DNA of 64,000 nt, taken from contig DAHWNL010000021.1 in NCBI GenBank assembly GCA_027339965.1, positions 1 to 64,000 of the forward strand, given 5' to 3'. This document shows positions 10,240 to 22,765 of this stretch, one piece after another. This DNA is from Granulicella sp. Lineage in GTDB: Bacteria; Acidobacteriota; Terriglobia; Terriglobales; Acidobacteriaceae. The translations under genes and the position numbers were made by a program. Position 1 is the stretch's first letter. The number at the start of each line of letters is the position of its first letter. The notes beneath the pieces were generated by a model that searched no databases, had not been told where the DNA came from, and saw only the letters and a list, made by a program, of their open reading frames with translations.

Positions 10240-10356
10240 CTAAAGCGTTTTGAGTGCAGGTGTAACGCGACGCCTCGACCTCCATGGGCGTTTCCCCAAT
10301 GAAAACGCCACTGCACGCCCTCTCCGGTGTACCCATCAACACTGAAAATGCTATAG
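10240..10356 (+). repeat. ~118-bp palindromic MITE-like dispersed repeat, copy 1
   Basis: Differs from 53172-53289 (inverted) by 6 substitutions and 1 indel; imperfect 17-bp terminal inverted repeat CTAAAGCGTTTTGAGTG / CACTGAAAATGCTATAG. Confidence 0.9.
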
Positions 10357-11118
10357 AAAAGGCCAAAGACGGTGTCTGGGCTCACGCAGAGCCTTCATCT
10401 GAACCGCGGAGTATGGGTCGGTGAACCGAACCCAAAGGGGCCGGCTTATGTCGATGCGGTCGCACTCCCGCTTCTGCAAAAGTCTGTTCGTCCAAATCTC
10501 TTGTACCAAACGGTAAGTAACGCTCAGAGACCCGCGTTCCAACTTTTTTCGTCGAGCAAGCAACTCCTGCTATGCTAAGCTGCTCTCAAGCACAAGGAAC
10601 TTGTTCAACGCCAAGAATCGAAGCGGAACTAAAGACTTCGAATGGTAGACATTTTTCGGAAGTTCGCAAGGATGCAAGCCAGAGAGTCTCTCGTCGGTTT
10701 TCGATCCATGCAGACGGTATGAGTTTCATCTCCTCGGCTCGGCGAGCAACTACGGAAAGGGAGCGCAGTCAACACGGAGCGTGTTGGGGGTTGCGCTTCT
10801 CGTCCCTTGGAGTGCCGTGGGCAGAGAACCAGGCGGCAGAGCAAGCAGCCATCGGTTCCGGCTGATGCCAAAGACGCGCTGTGACCGATGCCGCGCGTCG
10901 ATCGATCATCTCAATGGCAAGCCAACGTTCGCAGGCTTTCCAACGATGTACGTGACTCTGTTTTCTTGAACGTCTCCACCTCCCTCGATCGTCTGGCAAG
11001 ACCGCATCTTTTCCGCACCAGCTCCCGCGAGCCCTCTGTCTCTATGCATCTCCTGCATGGGGACAGCGAGCTCCCAAGGGTAGGAAATGGCGCGCCTAAC
11101 TTTACCTTAGGAGTCTCC

Positions 11119-14100
11119 ATGCGCAATCGTCGCGAATCAAACTCGGGATCTCTCGTCAACGCTCTCTTTGTAATGCTCCTGTTCGTCATGCCGCTTGCCA
11201 CAAGAGCGCAGACGATCACCGGGAACATTGCCGGAACCATCACCGACTCCAGCGGAGCGGTGGTGCCGAACGCAAAGATCACGGCCAAGAATGTCGCCAA
11301 CGGCTTTGTATTCAGCACGACCTCGGACCGGACAGGAGGCTACAGCCTTCGCTTTCTTCCGATTGGCGATTACACGGTAAGCGTGACGGCCAAAGGCTTT
11401 GCGAGTCAGATGTTTGGGCCCTTCTCGCTTGAGATCGACCAGACCGCCAAGGTGGATACGAAGCTGAAGGTCAGCTCGACTGCCACCACCGTGACGGTCG
11501 GTACGAACTACGTGCCGCTATTGAACACGACCAACAGCACCATCGCCACAACGATCGACAACAATACCATCCAGAACATCCCGTTGAATGGCCGCAACTT
11601 TTCCAGTTTGACGATCTTTCTGCCTGGATCGGTGGAAACCGCGCCAAGCGGCATGGTGGGCTCCAACGGCACCGAACGAGACACCAATCAAGCCGGCCAG
11701 ACCTCCATCGACGGTCAACGCAACCAAACGAACAACTACCTCCTGGACGGCATTGAGATCAACGAGACCATCAACAACGTCATCGGCTACAACCCCAGCC
11801 CGGATGCACTTTCACAGGTACAAGTCATCTCCGCCAACGCTCCGGCTGAATACGGCAACGTGAACGGCGGCGACGTGCTGATGGTGCTGAAGAGCGGTAC
11901 GAACAAATTTCATGGCAGCGTCTATTATTTTTTGGAGAACTGGCGCCTGGATGCCAACACCTGGACGAACAAGCACGCAATTCCTATCGTGCCCATCACC
12001 CATTACACGCAGCCCACCTTCGGCGCTACCATTGGGGGGCCGATCTTCAAGAACAAGCTGTTTTTCTTCGCTGATTATGAGGGTCTGCGTCATCCCACCT
12101 CAGGGCCTGGATTGGCGAGTGTAGCCACAGCCGCCATGCGCAAGGGGGATTTCAGCGCGCTCCTGGGCTATGGCACAGGAACTCAGCTCTACAACAACTC
12201 GAATGATTCAACCACAGGGCCGGTGCCTTACGCGAACAATCAGGTACCCATCACGAATCCGGCGGCTGCTTATCTCTTCTCGCACCCAAACATCTATCCA
12301 CTGCCGAATGCCACGCCCATCGACGGCCTCATCGAGAACAATTATGAGGGCTTCACCAAAGGATTTACGCGCAACGATCAGGGCGACATAAAGGTGGACT
12401 GGGAGCCAAATCAGAAAGACACGCTCTCGGTTCGCTATCTGCAAGGCGAAGCCTCGAACGGCACGACGCTGGCCGTGCTTCCAATCACATTTCCTGGCAT
12501 TAATTCCTATCCCACCAAGGGAATTGCCATCAACGAAGTACATGTGTTTTCAACCTCGATCGTGAACGAGTTCCGCGCCGGCTTTACTCGAGTGAGATGG
12601 ATCCAGGGTAATCCTGTCGACACCACTGGAGTCTTCGGCCTCAAGGGGGACTCGATCCTTGGGATCGATGCGGTACAGCCTTTTACAGGGTTCTCTGCTT
12701 TGGACTTCAGTTGCAACGGTACGCCGGGATGTTCCAGCGTAAGCCTGCCCAGCGGCATCGGCAACTCGGTGGTCAATACCCAGATTACGGACAACACCTT
12801 TGAGTACGGTGATGACTTGACATGGGTGAAGGGACACCACAACTTGAAGATGGGCGCACAGTTCCTTCGCTACCAGCAAAATAACTACTACCCTGGAAAC
12901 AGTGGAGCTGACGGATATTTCGATTACTACCCGTGGGCCACTGAGAATGTAGCGACTGGTGAAGCCGGTTACCCGGTGGCGGACTTCGCACTGGACGATG
13001 CCTCCAATATTGGCCAGGGAGGGTTGAACTCTAACGAGCAGGTAGCCGGTGACAACGGGCAGCGCCAATGGAGAGATGCTTATTACTTTCAGGATGATTG
13101 GAAGTTCCGTTCCAATCTCACATTCAACCTTGGCCTCCGCTACGAGTATGATCAGCCGATCTACGAAGTAAACAACAAGGAAGCCAACATCAACTTCGCT
13201 ACCAAGGCAATCGAGTATGCGGGAGTGGATGGCAACAGCCGCGCACTGTACCCCGCGGTCTACACCGAACTGATGCCCCGTGTCGGGTTCAACTATCAGC
13301 CCGTGAACAAACTGGATGTTCGCGGCGGATTTGGGATGACGAACTATCTGGAGGGTACCGGAGCTAACCTGCGCCTTGTCTACAACCCTCCTTTCTGGAA
13401 TGAGAAGATAGGGACCACCCCGACTCCTAACAAGACTGCGGACGGACCATTTTTCCAAGTGCAGCAGGGTTTTTCGTCAGGGTCCGCTCCCACCTTGGCG
13501 GGAAGCACATTTCGTGCATGGTACAAGGTGCAGCCTTCCGTTATCAGCGAGTGGAACCTGGGCGTGCAGTATGCGCTCACGCCCGAGACCAGCTTGAACG
13601 TAACCTACCTGGGCGAGTCTGGAGATCACCTGATTCAGGCGGTTGCGTATAACCAGTTAACAAAGCCCTGCGTCGTGAACGGCGTCATCGACACCAGCAC
13701 CACCTCGCCCGCTTGCGCCACGGCGGACCCAGCCCCTTTTATCAACATTGTTGGCCAGAACGGATCCGTGGTTGGCACCACTAGCGAAGGCATGATGGAT
13801 TACAACGCGCTGCAGGTCACGGTGCGTCAGCTTGTGGTAGGCGGACTGGAATATACGGTGAACTATACCTACGGCCACGCATTTACGGACAGTGACGGCT
13901 TCTTTGCGGTTGCGGATGTCAATGGACCCAGCCCCTATGCGCAGGATGCCTACAACAACCACGCCGAGTATGGTCCGTCAGGCATGGATATTCGAAATAA
14001 CATCAACGGAACCGCCGTTTACACGGTGCCTTATGGCCATGGTCTGCGTTACGGTTCCAATTCAAACGCCATCGTGAACGGCGTTCTGGGCGGCTGGAAG

Positions 14101-14571
14101 GCGGCTGTCTCAGCCGTAGCATATAGCGGATTCCCTGAGACCGCCAATGGCGTCGATAATTCGGCTACCGGAGCCAAAGCCGCACGACCAAATCAGTATA
14201 GAAATCTGAAGATCGTCAACCGTTCCTTGAACCATTGGTTTGGTAACGGTCCGTCAGAGAAGGCCTGCACTGCCAATGGGGTCGACAACGGCGTCTGCGC
14301 CTTTGGCAATACGGCGCTGGGCACCTTTGGGAATGCTCAGGTGAACAGTCTGCGCGCGCCGGGGTTCCAGCAATATGACTTTTCGGTATACAAGCAGTTT
14401 CCCGTCTGGAGGTCTGGAATGCTCACCTTCCGTACCGACTTCTTCAACGCGTTCAACATCTCGAGTTACGGCAATCCGGATAACGGATACGCAGATACCA
14501 ACTTCGGCGACATCGTCACTGTTCGCTCCGTTCCCCGGCAGATTCAGTTCTCTGCCAACTACAGCTTCTGA
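11119..14571 (+). CDS. TonB-dependent receptor (Oar-like)
   Basis: RBS AGGAG before ATG 11119; signal peptide; 'GTITDSSGAVVPNAKIT', 'PLNGRNF', 'YFQDDWK...LGLRYEY'; C-terminal 'PRQIQFSANYSF'. Confidence 0.95.
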   Translation: MRNRRESNSGSLVNALFVMLLFVMPLATRAQTITGNIAGTITDSSGAVVPNAKITAKNVANGFVFSTTSDRTGGYSLRFLPIGDYTVSVTAKGFASQMFGPFSLEIDQTAKVDTKLKVSSTATTVTVGTNYVPLLNTTNSTIATTIDNNTIQNIPLNGRNFSSLTIFLPGSVETAPSGMVGSNGTERDTNQAGQTSIDGQRNQTNNYLLDGIEINETINNVIGYNPSPDALSQVQVISANAPAEYGNVNGGDVLMVLKSGTNKFHGSVYYFLENWRLDANTWTNKHAIPIVPITHYTQPTFGATIGGPIFKNKLFFFADYEGLRHPTSGPGLASVATAAMRKGDFSALLGYGTGTQLYNNSNDSTTGPVPYANNQVPITNPAAAYLFSHPNIYPLPNATPIDGLIENNYEGFTKGFTRNDQGDIKVDWEPNQKDTLSVRYLQGEASNGTTLAVLPITFPGINSYPTKGIAINEVHVFSTSIVNEFRAGFTRVRWIQGNPVDTTGVFGLKGDSILGIDAVQPFTGFSALDFSCNGTPGCSSVSLPSGIGNSVVNTQITDNTFEYGDDLTWVKGHHNLKMGAQFLRYQQNNYYPGNSGADGYFDYYPWATENVATGEAGYPVADFALDDASNIGQGGLNSNEQVAGDNGQRQWRDAYYFQDDWKFRSNLTFNLGLRYEYDQPIYEVNNKEANINFATKAIEYAGVDGNSRALYPAVYTELMPRVGFNYQPVNKLDVRGGFGMTNYLEGTGANLRLVYNPPFWNEKIGTTPTPNKTADGPFFQVQQGFSSGSAPTLAGSTFRAWYKVQPSVISEWNLGVQYALTPETSLNVTYLGESGDHLIQAVAYNQLTKPCVVNGVIDTSTTSPACATADPAPFINIVGQNGSVVGTTSEGMMDYNALQVTVRQLVVGGLEYTVNYTYGHAFTDSDGFFAVADVNGPSPYAQDAYNNHAEYGPSGMDIRNNINGTAVYTVPYGHGLRYGSNSNAIVNGVLGGWKAAVSAVAYSGFPETANGVDNSATGAKAARPNQYRNLKIVNRSLNHWFGNGPSEKACTANGVDNGVCAFGNTALGTFGNAQVNSLRAPGFQQYDFSVYKQFPVWRSGMLTFRTDFFNAFNISSYGNPDNGYADTNFGDIVTVRSVPRQIQFSANYSF

Positions 14572-14652
14572 CCGTTGCGGGCGAAGATTGAATCCAGATC
14601 CGCGCCCTTATACGGAGTGTAGGCGACTTCCAAAGCAGCCTTTGCCCCAAAA

Positions 14653-14702
14653 CTTTTGAGGCGTCTCCACCTCGGTCCACCGGCCAGGAGACGCCTCAAA
14701 AG
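14653..14702. terminator. Probable bidirectional terminator between convergent genes
   Basis: CTTTTGAGGCGTCTCC...GGAGACGCCTCAAAAG, 16-bp inverted repeat. Confidence 0.7.
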
Positions 14703-14897
14703 ATTTCTGACAAAACCGACTCAATCCTCAAAGACCCACGTTCACCGCGTCGGCAAAGGATTTCTGAACGGATGGACATGGGATTGGAGAAGATTGGATC
14801 CCCGTCACTTTGGCAGATAGACATCGGCAGATAGGCATCGGCACCGGATCTGAGGTCGTTTGCCAGAGAGTTGCACGTCGTCCGGCTCAGCAGATTC

Positions 14898-15899
14898 TCA
14901 GCGAAGATTCGGGTTCAGCTTGGTCCATTCGCTGATCTCCGGGATGAGCCCCATCTCGATCACCTCATCACGAAGGTCGCAGAGATGGCGGTAGCTCTGG
15001 GCAAGGTCCCTTTGCTCGTCCTCGGTTCCAGTCACCTGGCATACCTCGGCTCCTTGCGGACTGAGTTTGGTCTCCATGGCCATCACGATGTTCGAGAACG
15101 GGCCTTGATTCACCCATGTCCCTACCGGCCAGCGGAAGGGCTCGCCGCCCATTACGGCTCGCAGCATCTCCAACGACAGGTAGGACGGGCTCTGGAACGA
15201 AGAGCGCCCTCGCAGGTTAATGATGTTCTTCCCACCCTGGATCACCCGCTCCTTAATGCGTGCCCAATCCTCGTTGGTCAGAGCGCTGGTTCCGATGATC
15301 TCACGCAAAGGCTTTCCATCCACCGCGGCTGTTGAGGCAAACACGGCCATCTGCTCGCCGTGGCCTCCGTAGGTGCGGCAGTTCGTAATGCGGTTGCGAA
15401 GCACCTTGAAGTGCTTGCCCAGTTCGCTCTGCAGACGGGTGCTGTCCAGCGCGGCCAAGGTCGTTAGCTGCGAGGGGCGAAGTCCGGAGTAGAGAAGGGT
15501 AATCAGGCCGGTGATATCCGCGGGATTGAAGATGACCACGACGTGTCTAACATCCGGGCACAGGGAGCGAATGTCTTTCCCAAGCTGGGCGGCAATCTCG
15601 GCGTTGCCCTTGAGAAGATCTTCACGGGTCATGCCGGCGCCACGCGCGGCACCCCCGGATGAAACAATATACTGCGCTCCGCGGAGCGCCTCTTCCACTT
15701 TGGATGTGAAGGTGATGTTTACATCGTCAAATCCGCAGTGATACATCTCTTCCGCCACACCCTCCAGAGGAGCGGCGATTGGGTCATAGAGGCACACGTT
15801 GGAACTCAGCCGCATCATCATCGCGGTTTGCGCCATATTCGAACCGATCATACCGGCCGCGCCGGCGATCACAAGCTTGCCATCCGTCAAGTAACTCAC
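14898..15899 (-). CDS. mdh: Malate dehydrogenase (LDH/MDH family)
   Basis: Rossmann GAAGMIG; 'GMTREDLLKGNA', 'NPADIT', 'LDSTRL', 'GGHGE' motifs; GTG start with RBS AGGAG. Confidence 0.85.
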   Translation of the reverse strand: MSYLTDGKLVIAGAAGMIGSNMAQTAMMMRLSSNVCLYDPIAAPLEGVAEEMYHCGFDDVNITFTSKVEEALRGAQYIVSSGGAARGAGMTREDLLKGNAEIAAQLGKDIRSLCPDVRHVVVIFNPADITGLITLLYSGLRPSQLTTLAALDSTRLQSELGKHFKVLRNRITNCRTYGGHGEQMAVFASTAAVDGKPLREIIGTSALTNEDWARIKERVIQGGKNIINLRGRSSFQSPSYLSLEMLRAVMGGEPFRWPVGTWVNQGPFSNIVMAMETKLSPQGAEVCQVTGTEDEQRDLAQSYRHLCDLRDEVIEMGLIPEISEWTKLNPNLR

Positions 15900-16370
15900 A
15901 AGACTTCTCCTTCTCACTCAATACTTTTTTGATCGGAGCCCCAGCGATCGCTGCCGCGAAATCCATGTCGGCCGCAAAGCGAATGCAATGGCTCCTCATT
16001 CCCTCAGGTTCATCGCTCCAGGATGAAAGCCCCTTCGCAGTATAGGACGCCGATCTCATCCGCGCGGCAACCTTGGCGCTTCGAACGGGCTTGTGTTCGA
16101 TATTCGGATGATGCTTGCAAACCCCACAGATTCCGCAGGCTTCCCTAACAGCGAATACGGCCTGAGCCCGCATCGCGGAGCAACCATCCATCAAGGAGAT
16201 GCTCTGGCGGGCAGATCATCGTTAGGCAGAGGGGGAATCTGCTGCGGGCTGGTCCGCCCGGTGATGATGCCATCCAAATATTGCACTGAATCCGACGACA
16301 GGATGGTCTGGCAGTCCTGGCCCCATTCATGCGATCACATCCTGCGGCGACTACCGCCCGGCGATGCTCG

Positions 16371-16739
16371 TCAGCGGCTGAAGGCGAGCTTGAGTCCCAG
16401 TAGAATCAGCAGGGCAGCGCAAGACCGGCGCAGCACGGTATCGGAGAGATGCTGCGCCCAAAGGCCGCCAAACCAGCCCCCTGCGGCAAAGCCAAGCGCA
16501 ACCAGAATGGACAGCTTCACATCCACCTGTCCTTCCTTGTAATACTCCCAGAAGGCAAAGATCCCGATCGGCGCGAGCAGCGTCGCCAGGGACGTACCCT
16601 GGGCGCGCTTCTCCGTCATTCCATAGAAGAAGATCAGCGCCGGGATCAGAAACGCCCCACCCCCAACCCCGATCAGGCCGGAGATTGCGCCAATGGCGAC
16701 ACCCAACAGAAGACCGCCCGCATCCCCTAACAGATTCAT
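16371..16739 (-). CDS. Sulfite exporter TauE/SafE (TSUP) family, half-size
   Basis: 'GLIGVGGGAFLIPAL...AQGTSLA' TauE motif; 4 hydrophobic segments. Confidence 0.88.
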   Translation of the reverse strand: MNLLGDAGGLLLGVAIGAISGLIGVGGGAFLIPALIFFYGMTEKRAQGTSLATLLAPIGIFAFWEYYKEGQVDVKLSILVALGFAAGGWFGGLWAQHLSDTVLRRSCAALLILLGLKLAFSR

Positions 16740-16819
16740 CGGCAGATCTCGTCGGAGCAGAGTATCCAGCCCTGGAGCGGACAGGAGTCGAAACGCCGCA
16801 GGCTGAGCGGAAGATTCAT
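16736..16819 (-). CDS. Candidate 27-aa upstream ORF MNLPLSLRRFDSCPLQGWILCSDEICR
   Basis: SD-like AGAGGT 6 nt before the ATG; its stop overlaps the TauE start (ATGA). Confidence 0.4.
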   Translation of the reverse strand: MNLPLSLRRFDSCPLQGWILCSDEICR

Positions 16820-16861
16820 TCGTCTACCTCTTGCATCAAGATCAGGTCCCCGCAGCATTTG

Positions 16862-16891
16862 AGGCTAAAGAATGGGAACCGGGGGTGTCAA
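16862..16891 (-). promoter_or_regulatory. Candidate sigma70 promoter for the uORF/TauE transcript
   Basis: TTGACA-N18-TAGCCT on the minus strand. Confidence 0.5.
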
Positions 16892-17096
16892 GACACAGAA
16901 CTGCACCGGCACAGGACTGCGCCGAGCCTCCCGCTCCCTGCTCGTACTCCTGACGAATTTGCTCGTATAGTTCCACTTTGCTCCTCCGGTTCGCCAATCC
17001 GCCCTCCGGCTTCGAAATCCGCTCCCAAAACCCAAGTGCGAAATCCCCCCTCCAGGTGGGGCCGATTCAGAGTAGCGAAATCGCCCGTCCCCGGGC

Positions 17097-17196
17097 GGGT
17101 GGCCCATATCTCGTCTCGCCTTGACGTCGGATGGGGCATAGCTCGTCGCATCTCCTCTGCCGCGGGTGCCCCACATCTCGCCTTTTGAGATGTGGG
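17097..17196 (+). repeat. REP palindromes downstream of RAYT
   Basis: GGGTGGCCCATATCTCG... (17097) and GGGTGCCCCACATCTCGCCTTTTGAGATGTGGG (17164-17196). Confidence 0.8.
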
Positions 17197-17206
17197 TTTG
17201 CAGCAA

Positions 17207-17686
17207 CTACTCGGCATAGGTCCAGGTCGAGGCGATCGAAACAATTGCCTTTTCACCGTAAGCCCAGTGCCGGTAGCTGGAGCCGATCCAGTCCTTCGGG
17301 TGCTCGACCAGACCGCGAGTGAACGGGTTGCAGTGGATGTATTGCCGTTTGGCGACGTGCTTCTGCTCGGTGAAGACGCTGAAGTCGTAGAAGCGGCGCT
17401 CCCGGAAGGGTCCTGGGGTCATCTTGCGGGCCACGGAGACCTTGAGCGCCTGCATCACGACGGAGAGCGTGTGCTGAGCGGGTTCGCTCACGAGAAGGTG
17501 AACATGTTCAGGCATGACGACGTAGACGTCGAGAGTGAAGTCGTACCTGGCGCGGATGGTCTCCAGGCAGCGCTCGAAGAGGAGACGCGACCCGGGCGTG
17601 GCGAAGTGCTCGTTTCGGTGATAGCAGGAGAACCTGACGAAGTGATGGCGCCCTCGACCGTAGCGCCGCTCCAACCCTGCTGGCAT
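17207..17686 (-). CDS. REP-associated tyrosine transposase (RAYT, HUH/Y1 family)
   Basis: 'YVVMPEHVHLL' HUH motif; 'YIHCNP...GLV' catalytic Tyr region; 'SSY'; flanked by inverted REPs. Confidence 0.9.
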   Translation of the reverse strand: MPAGLERRYGRGRHHFVRFSCYHRNEHFATPGSRLLFERCLETIRARYDFTLDVYVVMPEHVHLLVSEPAQHTLSVVMQALKVSVARKMTPGPFRERRFYDFSVFTEQKHVAKRQYIHCNPFTRGLVEHPKDWIGSSYRHWAYGEKAIVSIASTWTYAE

Positions 17687-17710
17687 GGGGGGAGACGAAC
17701 ATCCTGCGGA

Positions 17711-17777
17711 CCCACATCTCAAAGTACGAGATGCGGGGCCCCCGAAGTTGGGGTGAGTGTCAGATGTAGGTCACCCG
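17711..17777 (-). repeat. REP palindromes upstream of RAYT (inverted orientation)
   Basis: CCCACATCTCAAAGTACGAGATGCGGGGCCCCC and degenerate AGATGTAGGTCACCC. Confidence 0.75.
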
Positions 17778-18217
17778 CCAGTTCCTCGCTGCTCAGTGGC
17801 TCCCTTTTCCTCCGCCACAGTGGTCTACTCTTACTCCGCCCTTGACGCACGCTATCCCACTCCACGAATGCCCATGAGGGAAGCCCTCAATGGCGTCCTT
17901 TCAGCGCACCGAGTCGAAAGCGTTTCCGCGTTTTGTGGCGCGGGATCGCTCTACGCTTCCTCCTGGAACGCAAAAGTTGAGGAGTTGCGTGTCCTCGGTG
18001 CCTATGGCCTATCGCCGGAAGCTCCCGAATGCGATGCTGCGCTTCGCGGAAGCAGACTCCCCTTCAACAGGAAAACCGGCAGCGCCCACAGAAGATCGTC
18101 CTCGCAGAACCCTTTCCAGCCCATATGCATGAAGTTTCAAACCTTCCCCGGGCAAGACGCCGGTGCACGCCTGCCTGGGAGCGCCCGGCAACCCTGAAGC
18201 GGTCGCAGCGCAGCCAC

Positions 18218-18703
18218 TCAGGAGCTACCTTGGTCTTTGGAGCGCCTGTGCATCTGCTCGCCCAGCTTCTCCAGAAAGCGATTGATCAGCGCGATGCTGC
18301 GGCGCAGCTCCTTATGGCGGAACTGGCTCAGCAGAGAAAACAACCCTGGCGGCTCGATGATCGGCTTGTCATAGCAGCCCAGCGTCTCTCCGGCCGCTCC
18401 TGCAATACACTGCAATACCTCCGGATTGATCGCTCCCAGCATCTTCGTAAGGATGATGCCGTTCCGCATCGCGCGTACCGCCTCATCGCTGCTGGCCGCG
18501 CCCGCCACCGCCTCCACCATCCGGTCTTTGGCTCCCAGCGCTCCGCGCAGCATCTCAAAGACCCCCTGCGCATGCATCTGCTGCAGCATCTCATAGGAGT
18601 CCAGCAGTGCCTCCGCGTACGCCACCGGAGCCTCTTCCAGCCTCCGGCGCAGCTCTGCGCGCGCATCCTGCGGCGGTAACTCCAAAGGAATCGGTTGCGC
18701 CAT
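18218..18703 (-). CDS. DUF1641-domain protein (YjgD/YrhD-like formate dehydrogenase partner)
   Basis: 'MAQPI...' N-terminus; C-terminal 'PPGLFSLLSQFRHKELRRSI' DUF1641-like motif; directly downstream of the fdh alpha subunit. Confidence 0.8.
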   Translation of the reverse strand: MAQPIPLELPPQDARAELRRRLEEAPVAYAEALLDSYEMLQQMHAQGVFEMLRGALGAKDRMVEAVAGAASSDEAVRAMRNGIILTKMLGAINPEVLQCIAGAAGETLGCYDKPIIEPPGLFSLLSQFRHKELRRSIALINRFLEKLGEQMHRRSKDQGSS

Positions 18704-18755
18704 CGTGATCCTCCCTCCCTCTACAGATCTTCCTCAGCCTCGTCGCGAAGACGCC

Positions 18756-21749
<2,994 letters not shown>

Positions 21750-21864
21750 GCGGGCCTCCTCGAGTCGACGCCTGTCCCCTCCGGCCAGCCACGGCCCGCA
21801 GAGACTCCCGGCACTCCGCATCGTAGCACCTCGGCCGCTTGACTACCTACTCACTGAAAGCCCT

Positions 21865-21908
21865 GGGCGCCCCAACATCTCCCCGCGTTCTGCGCGGGGA
21901 GATGTTGG
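21865..21908 (+). repeat. REP-like hairpin related to the RAYT-flanking REPs
   Basis: GGGCGCCCCAACATCTCCCCGCG-TTCTG-CGCGGGGAGATGTTGG. Confidence 0.6.
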
Positions 21909-22019
21909 AGGCCACGAACCTGCATTTGTGCACCTTCACGGCAGCCACAGCCCTGGTCGTTTCTGTGCAGCGGCGTCTGTCCTGGGAACAGCAGGCTCAG
22001 ATCTCCGGAACTCGGAGTC

Positions 22020-22649
22020 CTACCAACCTTTCGAGGCTTCCGGCACATATGGCGAGGCAGGGATGCCGAACCAGCGCAGTTGAGTGGTATACAGGGCTTC
22101 CGACTCGTAGATCATCACAACTTGGCTGAATCCGAGGTGAGGTGGCAACGGAGCGCCCTGCTCTCTCCATGCAAAAGGATAGCGCTGAAGAATCAACCCC
22201 GCTCGGGGAAGATGGTAGAAGGAGCTGATCACCTCCGCGCTCTTCCATCCCCGCTGCTGCATCAGCTTGTAGCTGAAGTAGATGTTCTGCACTGTGTCCT
22301 GAGACTTGCCTTCGACCACGACATCCGCCGCTGGCACTCCCATCTGCTCTGCCAAGACGGCCATCACCTGGCCCTCCACGAAGCTGTTCTCCGTGGGTCC
22401 GCCGGAGAAGAGGATGTGCCCGGCCCGTCCCGCCTTGAACTCCTTGACCCCCTCGCTGACTCGCGCTCGCTCCTCTGCAGATGGCTGGCCGTTGAGTTGC
22501 GCAGGGCAACCCAGCACCAGGACCGTATCGAAGTGCGTCAGCCGGGTGTTGCGGGTCGGAACTGTCTCATAGGTCACTAGAACCGCCAGCACCGTTGCTA
22601 CCACCAGCAACGCGATCCCTGCCAGCAATCGCTCCACCCAGCGCAGCAT
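22020..22649 (-). CDS. YdcF family (DUF218) protein
   Basis: 'VLVLG', 'ILFSGG', 'E.KSQDTVQNI', 'SSFYHLPRA' motifs; N-terminal TM segment. Confidence 0.9.
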   Translation of the reverse strand: MLRWVERLLAGIALLVVATVLAVLVTYETVPTRNTRLTHFDTVLVLGCPAQLNGQPSAEERARVSEGVKEFKAGRAGHILFSGGPTENSFVEGQVMAVLAEQMGVPAADVVVEGKSQDTVQNIYFSYKLMQQRGWKSAEVISSFYHLPRAGLILQRYPFAWREQGAPLPPHLGFSQVVMIYESEALYTTQLRWFGIPASPYVPEASKGW

Positions 22650-22765
22650 ACTCTCTCCCTCGGTGTCGGGCTGCAAAGAAACTCTGGCAAGAGAGAAGCC
22701 CGGAGCGCAGCTCCCGCTCCCCGTGGCGCCAGTGTTTTTGTCTCCCAGCCCCTGGGCCAGCCGTT

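Noticed and set aside
10357..11118. Possible cobalamin or other riboswitch in the long TBDR2 upstream region
   Set aside because: No B12-box or other recognisable riboswitch core seen by eye; an Rfam scan would be needed to exclude it fully.
14812..14843. 14-bp tandem duplication GGCAGATAGrCATC
   Set aside because: Only about 2.3 units in an intergenic region; likely slippage.
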